A DNA stretch of 64,000 nucleotides from contig QPMI01000120.1 of NCBI GenBank assembly GCA_004431415.1, forward strand, positions 1 through 64,000, written 5' to 3'. Positions 57,349 through 64,000 of the stretch are shown piece after piece (the stretch's first letter is position 1; every line of letters starts with the position of its first letter). This stretch comes from Cyanophora paradoxa CCMP329 (Eukaryota; Plantae; Glaucophyta). The position numbers were made by a program, and so were the translations under genes. The notes under the pieces were generated by a model. The model ran no database searches, was not told where the DNA came from, and worked only from the letters and a program-made list of their open reading frames with translations.

Positions 57349-60300
57349 TCAAGCCGCTCCCGCCGGAGCCGCCGGCGCTGCGGCCACGGCTGCCGGCCCA
57401 CCCGTCGCCTTGGGCCGCCCTCGGGCCGGCCGTGCAGGCGCGTTCGCGTCTCGCACGCGGAACGGGATCATGCAATCGATATGCACGATCGTCTCACGGG
57501 TGTCGCGCGCCTTCTGGCGGCCGGCGCCCACCGCGCCGTAGGGCCGCGCAAGGCCACGTACGACGTACGTGTACCCGCCCGGGTGCACGCTCATGACGGT
57601 GAAAGGGCCGACCCAGGAGTTGAACAACCCCTTGTCACGGTCGCCCAGCCAGCACAGGACTTTGTCGCCCACGCCGAAGCGGCGGCGGTCCGGCAGGTCA
57701 CCCGTCCGGTGCACCATTTGGCGGCGGTACCAGCGGCGGTACTCGCGCACTGCAGCCTCGCGGCTCTTCGCGGCACGCACTACGATGGACACGTAGTCGG
57801 CGTAGCTAAGGGTGTCGAGCAGCTCGACCCCGAAGCGCACGTCCGCGGGCAGCGTGAGCTCGTGCCCCAGGTGCAGGAGCGCGGGCGAGTAGCCCGTGGC
57901 CGCGTGCACGGTCGTGCGGAGCGCCAGCTGCACTTCGTGCACGTGCTGGTCCCACTCGTGCATCGGCTCGCGCTCGGCGCGGCACGCCGCGTGGAGCAGC
58001 GTCTTCACGACGCCCCCCAGCCGCTCTACCAGCCCATTCGTCGAATGGTGGTATGCAGCGGCGTAAATGAAACGAGTCCCGAGCTTCCGGAAGTACTCGT
58101 TGAACGGGCCGCCCTTCAGGCTGGACCCGTTGTCCATGAGGAGGCGCAGCGGCACGCCCTCATTCGAGACGAAGTCTCGGCCCATTTCGAGCATGGACCA
58201 GCCGTCCAGGTCGGCTTTTGGGTACAACCGCGTGTACTTGTCCCACGCGTTCACCCAGGCAACCAAATAGCGGTTGCCACGCGGCGTCGGGTCAAGGTGG
58301 AACACGTCCACCTGCCACAAGTCATTCCGGCCCTCGGCCTCGATGACTGCGATCGCGGTTCGCCGCGGCTTCACAGCTTTGGCGAACTGGCAGCAATGGC
58401 AGCTCCGCACGTAGCGAGCGACTGCCGCAAGCATGCCCGGCCACCAGAACCTCAGCAGGATCCGGCGGGCGACGATCGAGGCGCCGCGGTGGCCCCACCC
58501 ATCGTGGTACGCGTACAGGACGCGGTCCTGCCAGGACTCAGGCAGGACGGGCACGAAGCGCCCGTGGGGCGCGGCTGGGCGGCGGACGAGCACGCCGTCC
58601 GTGTCCACGTCAAATTTCTGGGCGAATTTGACGAAGGCCGCTTTGGCCTGACTGCAGAGGTAGCAGTCGCCCGTCTGGCAGGAGGCGCGCGTGCAGCGCG
58701 CCTCGTTCACGCCGTTCTCGTGCCAGGAGAACAGCTTACGGCACAGCGAGTCCGCCTTCTGCGCAGCGAGCAGCCGGACTCGCCGCGCAGGGAACATGTG
58801 GCGCAGGGCCTCGGGCAGGGGCCCGTCAAGGGAAGGCGGCGGCGCGCAATCCCAGGTGTCCTGGACCAGCTCCAGCAAGCGCGGCTTGCGGCGGTCTCGG
58901 ACCTCGCCCAGCTCAGGGCCGGGGGCGATGGCGCCGGACGAGAGGAGCTCCCGTTCCAGGCCCGCGGCTGGGCCGCCGCTCGAGCCGGCGTCGCCGCTCG
59001 AGGGCGCCTCAGGGGCAGCCGGCGGCTCAGATGAGCCCGCTGTCGCCGCAGCGGTCGACGCAGCCGCGGAGGACGACGCCGCCGGGGCGCCGCCCTCGGG
59101 CCCCTCGTCGGGATCGTCCTGACGGGGGTACAGCGGCGGGCCGCAGCGCCAGTGGCGCGGGTTGTCGGCCTTGCGGGGTGTCTTGCCCCGGCGCGGGGCC
59201 TCAAGCGGACGCTGGTCGCGCGGCAGGGGCGCGACAGGCCCCTCGTAGCGCCGCGGTCCCGACGGGAGCCGGCGGCGTACGCGATCGAGGAGGGTAACGG
59301 GGAACCCGTCCTCGTCGAGCTCCAGCTCGGACGCCTCGTGCGGGGCCTCAGGCCCCGGCACGGGCGGGGCGACCTCGCCATCGGAGCCCAGCTCCATGGG
59401 GTCGGCCTCGGGAGCCGGCGGTGGGCTCGGAGAGCGCGGTGCCGGCGGCAGACCCTGCTCGACCGCGAGGCGGTGCCACTCATCGACCTCCTGCCGCATC
59501 GCGGCCCAGGTGGTCGGCTTGCGGCCGCGCCGGGTCGGCGGGCCGGCCTGCGGCAGCTGCGGTGCTGCGGGCAGGGGCGCCTCCTGCCCTGCGGCAGGGG
59601 CTTGGGGTTCGGGCGGCGCCGGGGCCCCCTGGGGCTCGGCCTCGGCGTCCGCCGGCGCGGCTCTGGGCGCGCGCTCGGAGAGGGGGACGGGCTCGTCGTC
59701 GGAGCCCTCCCGGAAGGCCTCAGGCGGCGCGCGCGTCCGGCGTGGACGCGGCCCCTGGGCGGGCTGGACGTCTCGCCTTGCGGCGGGAGCGCCCTCGAAG
59801 GCGAGCTGGCGCCGGAGACGAGCCTGTCGCCTCGCGACGAGGATCTCCGCCCGGCTCGGCGGGGCCGCCGGCGTTTCGGCCTCGGCGGGCCCAGGCGCAT
59901 GGGCGGGGCCCGGCAGCGCGGCCTCGTCCGGCTCATCAGCCAGCTCGGTCAGGCGGGGGCCCGGCGGGGCTTCCACGGCAACCCGGGCGTCCGCAGCGCC
60001 CTCGGCGCCCAGAGCGACTGCAAACAGCGGCAGCGGCTCATCGAGGTCGCCGGGCTGGGGCACGCCATGCCCCGCAGCGCCAGCCAGCGCGTCAGGCGCG
60101 GCTGAGCTGCCGTCGGCGCCGCCAGGGGCGAGAACCGGGTGGTTCAACGGGGGCCGCGAGCAGGCGTCGGGCCCTCCGTTATTGCGCCCCGCGCGGTACT
60201 CTACGACGAAGTCGTAGGACTGCAGGAGGAGGGACCAGCGTCCCAGCCTCCCAGAGGTCGCCTCGCGCGAGCGCAGCCACTGGAGCGCTTGGTGGTCCGT

Positions 60301-62757
60301 CCGGACCAGGAACTGGGGCCCTCCCAAGAGGAAGTGCCGCCAGTATTTTATTGCCCATACAACCGCCAAGCACTCGAGCTCGGTGGCGGTGTAATTCCGC
60401 TCAGCGGGCGCCAGCGTTCGGCTGATGAACGCGATGGGCCGCTCACGGGCGGGCGAGCCGCCGTCGGACTGCGACAGGATCGCGCCGATGGCGTACGTCG
60501 ACGCGTCGGTCGACAGGATGAAGGGCCGCTCGAAATCCGGGTACCCGAGTACCAGATCCTCGAGCAGGGCAGCCTTCAGCGCCTCGAAGGCGGCTTGGTG
60601 GACCTCGGTCCATTGCCACACGGCGTCCCGAAGCAGCAGGCGCTGCAAAGGGTGGGTGACACGGGCAAACCCGTTCACGAACCGCCGGTAGTACCCGGCC
60701 AGGCCCAGGAACGACCTCAATTGGTCAGCGTTCGCTGGCGGCGGGTACTGGCGAATGAACGCCAGCTTCGCGGGGTCCTGGCGGATCCCTTCGGCCGAGA
60801 CGAGGTGCCCGAGCAGGGCAACCTCGGCCACCCCAAAGCGGCACTTGGAGGGCTTCAGGCGCAAGTTCGCCGGCATGATTGCGCGGAACAAGGCCTCGAG
60901 GTCCAGCAGGTGCTGGGGCACGCTCGGCGAGAACACCGTTATATCGTCGATATAAGCGGTGACGCAAGTCGTGAGCAGGGGGCCGAGGATGGCAGTCACG
61001 GCGCGCGAGAAGGCGGCCGGCCCGTTGGTCACACCGAACGGGGTCACGCGCCACTCGTAGTGGCCCCAGGGCACCACGAAGGCCGTGTACTGCCGGGACG
61101 CAGGGTCCAGCGGCAGCTGCCAGAAGCCCGCCGTCGCGTCGACGGTCGAGAAGATCATGGACCCCCGCAGGCGGTCCAGCTGATCGTCGATCCGCGGCAG
61201 CGGAAAGACGTCGCGCTCGGTGATCGCATTTAAGCGTCGGTAATCGACGCAGAACCGCCAGGTGCCGTCCTTCTTAGGAGCGAGCACGACCGGCGAGCCG
61301 TAGGCGGCTTGCGAGGGCTGGATCAGGCCCAACTCAAGGAGCCGCTTTATTTCAGCACGGGCGAAGGCCTCGGCGTGCGGGCTTACACGCCGCGGAGGCG
61401 TGAAGACGGGCAGCCGTGAGGTCAATCGGATCACGTGCTCGTAGTGGAGGAGGTTGGCCGTGCCCTCGGTGGCCGTGACCGAGTCGGCGAACGCGCGCGA
61501 ATAGCGCTTGAGCAGAGCCTCGAGCTCGGCGCGTTCAGCAGTGCTCATCGCCGGATGCGAGCCGCATTCCGGGATTTTTGCACGTGCTTGGTTCCACTCC
61601 TCCTCTTCGGAAGACGACGTCCCCGTCGTTTCCGGAGGCGCCCTCGGGGGGCCGCCATGGGAGGGGCCAGGCGCTGGGCCCGGAGGGGCGGCTCGCAGCG
61701 GCGCCTTGCCCTTGTCCTTGCCGCGCGCGGCAGAAGACTCGGCTGAGGAAGGCGCGCCCGGCGCGTCCGTGGTACGGACGGAGCAGCCAGGGCCGTCCAG
61801 CGGTGCTGGTGCCGTCACGGGGCGGGCGGCAGCTGTGCTCGGCGCAGGCGCCGGCGGCTCGGCTGCGTCGGCAGCGAGATTTATTTGATCCCCGGAGGGA
61901 TTGGCGGGGACTGCGTTAGCCCCCTGGCGTGCAGCGCGAGCCGCGCGGGCGCGGCGGCGTGCGGCTCGCTCGGCGCGACGGGCCGGCCGGGTTCGTTCAC
62001 GCTCCTCAGGGGAGGTCCAACCCGGGTACCCGACGTCGCGCTCGAGGTCGGAGTCGGTGTCGGACGACACCGGCTCATCGTGGAGCGCGAGGCCCTCCAT
62101 TGTGACGATGGGGACCTCGTGGCCCTCGCCATCGTCGTCGCGCATCATGCGGACAAACAGCGGAGGTGCGCTCGGCGCAGGCTCCTGCCCTTCAGCTGCA
62201 GTCGCGTCGGACTGCCGGGCGGCGGTTGCCGCAAAGATAGGCCCCGGGGCAGGGTGCTGGGGCGGTTGCGCGCCCTCAGCTGCCGTGTAAGCCGCGGCCG
62301 TTCGGTTGGCCCGGCGACGCATCGAGCGAAAGCCTTGTCCCCGTTTAGGGTAGAAGGCTCGCAGCGTGCGTATGAAAGTATCGGCGACCGCGCGCACGGG
62401 CGCGTCATCTGGTGGCGGGTCGTACCCGAAGTCGCCGGGCGGCAGGTTATTAGCCTCCGCCACCGCAACAACGGCCCCTGCTGGCAGCAGGACGGGCTCG
62501 TTGGCGGGATTTAATAGCCGCACGTGCAGGCTTCCGCCTGCGGCTGGGCGCCGGTGTAGCTGGTGGGGCGCGAGTACCCCGAGCGCCGACAAGGAGTCGG
62601 GCGCTGGCCCGACGGCGAGCGTCGGAGCCTGGTCCGCGGGCGGCGCAGGGCCGTCAATCACGCAGCGGACCATCCACTCGCGCGCGTCCTTTAGGACGAC
62701 AGGGCGAAGGACCCGGACAAGGAGAGGCCCCTTCGTTTGTCCGGGCAGCAAAAAGGG
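57349..62757 (-). CDS. pol: Pol: reverse transcriptase, RNase H, integrase (entered by predicted -1 frameshift)
   Basis: RT: SPVVLAPKKDGTWRFCVDYRRLN and YIDD (60943-60954). RNase H: TDAS..ELECLAVVWAI..TDHQAL. Integrase: HDGWGH..CHCC, WQVDV..MDNG..NGLVER, GPF. Confidence 0.95.
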   Translation of the reverse strand, partial: PFLLPGQTKGPLLVRVLRPVVLKDAREWMVRCVIDGPAPPADQAPTLAVGPAPDSLSALGVLAPHQLHRRPAAGGSLHVRLLNPANEPVLLPAGAVVAVAEANNLPPGDFGYDPPPDDAPVRAVADTFIRTLRAFYPKRGQGFRSMRRRANRTAAAYTAAEGAQPPQHPAPGPIFAATAARQSDATAAEGQEPAPSAPPLFVRMMRDDDGEGHEVPIVTMEGLALHDEPVSSDTDSDLERDVGYPGWTSPEERERTRPARRAERAARRRARAARAARQGANAVPANPSGDQINLAADAAEPPAPAPSTAAARPVTAPAPLDGPGCSVRTTDAPGAPSSAESSAARGKDKGKAPLRAAPPGPAPGPSHGGPPRAPPETTGTSSSEEEEWNQARAKIPECGSHPAMSTAERAELEALLKRYSRAFADSVTATEGTANLLHYEHVIRLTSRLPVFTPPRRVSPHAEAFARAEIKRLLELGLIQPSQAAYGSPVVLAPKKDGTWRFCVDYRRLNAITERDVFPLPRIDDQLDRLRGSMIFSTVDATAGFWQLPLDPASRQYTAFVVPWGHYEWRVTPFGVTNGPAAFSRAVTAILGPLLTTCVTAYIDDITVFSPSVPQHLLDLEALFRAIMPANLRLKPSKCRFGVAEVALLGHLVSAEGIRQDPAKLAFIRQYPPPANADQLRSFLGLAGYYRRFVNGFARVTHPLQRLLLRDAVWQWTEVHQAAFEALKAALLEDLVLGYPDFERPFILSTDASTYAIGAILSQSDGGSPARERPIAFISRTLAPAERNYTATELECLAVVWAIKYWRHFLLGGPQFLVRTDHQALQWLRSREATSGRLGRWSLLLQSYDFVVEYRAGRNNGGPDACSRPPLNHPVLAPGGADGSSAAPDALAGAAGHGVPQPGDLDEPLPLFAVALGAEGAADARVAVEAPPGPRLTELADEPDEAALPGPAHAPGPAEAETPAAPPSRAEILVARRQARLRRQLAFEGAPAARRDVQPAQGPRPRRTRAPPEAFREGSDDEPVPLSERAPRAAPADAEAEPQGAPAPPEPQAPAAGQEAPLPAAPQLPQAGPPTRRGRKPTTWAAMRQEVDEWHRLAVEQGLPPAPRSPSPPPAPEADPMELGSDGEVAPPVPGPEAPHEASELELDEDGFPVTLLDRVRRRLPSGPRRYEGPVAPLPRDQRPLEAPRRGKTPRKADNPRHWRCGPPLYPRQDDPDEGPEGGAPAASSSAAASTAAATAGSSEPPAAPEAPSSGDAGSSGGPAAGLERELLSSGAIAPGPELGEVRDRRKPRLLELVQDTWDCAPPPSLDGPLPEALRHMFPARRVRLLAAQKADSLCRKLFSWHENGVNEARCTRASCQTGDCYLCSQAKAAFVKFAQKFDVDTDGVLVRRPAAPHGRFVPVLPESWQDRVLYAYHDGWGHRGASIVARRILLRFWWPGMLAAVARYVRSCHCCQFAKAVKPRRTAIAVIEAEGRNDLWQVDVFHLDPTPRGNRYLVAWVNAWDKYTRLYPKADLDGWSMLEMGRDFVSNEGVPLRLLMDNGSSLKGGPFNEYFRKLGTRFIYAAAYHHSTNGLVERLGGVVKTLLHAACRAEREPMHEWDQHVHEVQLALRTTVHAATGYSPALLHLGHELTLPADVRFGVELLDTLSYADYVSIVVRAAKSREAAVREYRRWYRRQMVHRTGDLPDRRRFGVGDKVLCWLGDRDKGLFNSWVGPFTVMSVHPGGYTYVVRGLARPYGAVGAGRQKARDTRETIVHIDCMIPFRVRDANAPARPARGRPKATGGPAAVAAAPAAPAGAA

Positions 62758-64000
62758 ATCACGTGGGGGCGGAATTGCGCGTCGCGCGCGTGCAGGCACC
62801 AGCCAGAGCTGGTCGTGTCTATCCGCCCCTCGACCATCATGATCGTGCCGATGCCCACGAGCAGGTCGGCATTGGGGCCCAGGGAGCCGTCGGGGACGAC
62901 GTACACGGCCCGCGAGACGTACACGTCACCGAAGCGCAGCACGACGTGCGCGATTTCGGCCGTGATCGTGGCGTGGTGCAGGAAGGCCCTCAGGACCTTC
63001 ACGCCCGTGTACCGGGTGCCCGGGGGCATGTGGCGCTTCTCGCCAACTTCGCCCATAGCGCCGGTGTCAAAGAGGATTTGGACACGCGTGCTAGCGCCGA
63101 GAGTGCCGTCGGCATTCAGGGCGTAGACGAATCCTGGGCACTGCAGCTGCAGGCGCCGGAAATCGTGCGGGCGGCCCGAGATCCCATCGATCACATGCGC
63201 AATCGGGATAGGGGCGTTGAGGCCGCCGGGCGGGGCGCCTTCGGGGGACTCCGGGACCGCGAGGTCCGACGGACGGTCCGGGCCGTACCCGGTGAGGTCA
63301 CCAGGGTCGGCGGCGGGCGTGGGGAAGTGCAGCGACGAGCGCTGCCGGCTGTTGCTGGCGTGCAACGCCGCGGACCGACTCTGCGGGGCTGCAGAGGTTT
63401 TCCGGTCCGGCCCGTCCGTGAGGGGCTGCGGCTCCCTGGTCGCAGCCGCCATGACGCTTTCGGCAATAGACCGCGGCTGCAGTGCAGCGCGCGTCGCGAA
63501 GTCGTCCTCGCCTTCATCGTCCCCGTAGACACGGAGGACGGCACGGGCGCCAGGACGGCAGCGGCCCTCGGCCTGGCGCGCCTGGGCCTGCCCGATCAGC
63601 CGGAGCAGCTCGGATTCGATCCGATCGAACTGTTCCAAGCTGGGAACGGCCGCAGCCCAAATCGTCGCTGCGACGTTAAGGGCCGCCCACGAGGCGCCGC
63701 TGGGCAGCGTCGTGCCCGGAAGATTGTGACCGGCGGCGGTCGCAATCTCGTCCAGGACTTCGGACAGAAGCGGCGGGCTTGCTTCGTTGCCAGCCTCGAG
63801 CAGGAGGCGCAAGCGAGCGCGCCAGTTTTTGGCGGCTTGGTAGTGGGCTGCACCGGCGCTGTCGCCGGGCGCCGGCGCGCCGGGGCCAGCAGGGGCGGTC
63901 ACGCCCGGCATCGGCGGCCCGTACATCATGCCCGGCGGCCAATAGTAGCCGCCGCCTCCGGGCATCTGAGGCATCAGGGCCGGTGGCGGCCCGCCCCAGG
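62691..64000 (-). CDS. Gag C-terminal region + aspartic protease (5'-partial)
   Basis: Retropepsin motifs ILFDTGA (DTG at 63060-63068) and DLLVG. The frame is open to the window edge. Confidence 0.85.
   Translation of the reverse strand, partial: WGGPPPALMPQMPGGGGYYWPPGMMYGPPMPGVTAPAGPGAPAPGDSAGAAHYQAAKNWRARLRLLLEAGNEASPPLLSEVLDEIATAAGHNLPGTTLPSGASWAALNVAATIWAAAVPSLEQFDRIESELLRLIGQAQARQAEGRCRPGARAVLRVYGDDEGEDDFATRAALQPRSIAESVMAAATREPQPLTDGPDRKTSAAPQSRSAALHASNSRQRSSLHFPTPAADPGDLTGYGPDRPSDLAVPESPEGAPPGGLNAPIPIAHVIDGISGRPHDFRRLQLQCPGFVYALNADGTLGASTRVQILFDTGAMGEVGEKRHMPPGTRYTGVKVLRAFLHHATITAEIAHVVLRFGDVYVSRAVYVVPDGSLGPNADLLVGIGTIMMVEGRIDTTSSGWCLHARDAQFRPHVIPFCCPDKRRGLSLSGSFALSS
62705..62757 (-). 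promoter_or_regulatory. -1 ribosomal frameshift signal (C CCU UUU + 5-nt spacer + 9-bp stem-loop)
   Basis: Heptamer at 62757-62751 is in XXXYYYZ phase in the protease frame. Stem cccggacaa/ttgtccggg at 62745-62737 and 62720-62712. The pol ORF is in the -1 frame. Confidence 0.8.

Larger units (their letters stand above)
55779..64000 (-). mobile_element. Ty3/gypsy LTR retrotransposon (5' end beyond the window)
   Basis: Domain order PR-RT-RNaseH-IN, intronless open frames, PPT and 3' LTR all present. Confidence 0.95.

Noticed and set aside
63820-63832. c aaa aac as a second (gag-pro) slippery site
   Set aside because: The heptamer is imperfect and the frame is already open through it.
1-64000. 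tRNA/rRNA genes and a species assignment
   Set aside because: No cloverleaf or rRNA signature was seen. Composition and intron style alone do not identify the organism.

Overview
GC-rich, intron-dense eukaryotic DNA, probably from a flagellated protist or alga (inferred from CEP70, dynactin p22 and many short GT-AG and GC-AG introns). The left ~37 kb is gene-dense: the 3' part of a DHX35-like DEAH helicase, a RING+PHD protein head-to-head with CEP70, 6-pyruvoyl-tetrahydropterin synthase head-to-head with an F-box/LRR gene, a 542-bp hAT-type MITE with an exact 8-bp TSD, and a ~16-kb gene for a giant LamG/Cys-repeat membrane protein. From ~37.7 to 55.7 kb the DNA is a patchwork of duplicated, inverted and decayed gene pieces: DCTN3 twice, an 11-mer-repeat gene twice, the 3' half of the F-box gene, a deiodinase-like relic followed by a SECIS-like hairpin, and minisatellites. 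The last 8.2 kb is an apparently intact minus-strand Ty3/gypsy LTR retrotransposon with a -1 frameshift signal between protease and RT. The most unusual signal is a pervasive mutational signature in which a 3-mer X becomes X-revcomp(X)-X, a frame-preserving +6-bp palindromic insertion. It is shown directly by comparing duplicated copies inside the window, and it saturates some regions. It matches the footprint predicted for hairpin-mediated excision of a transposon with a 3-bp TSD, but no such element was found here. Exon structures were assembled by eye and are approximate.
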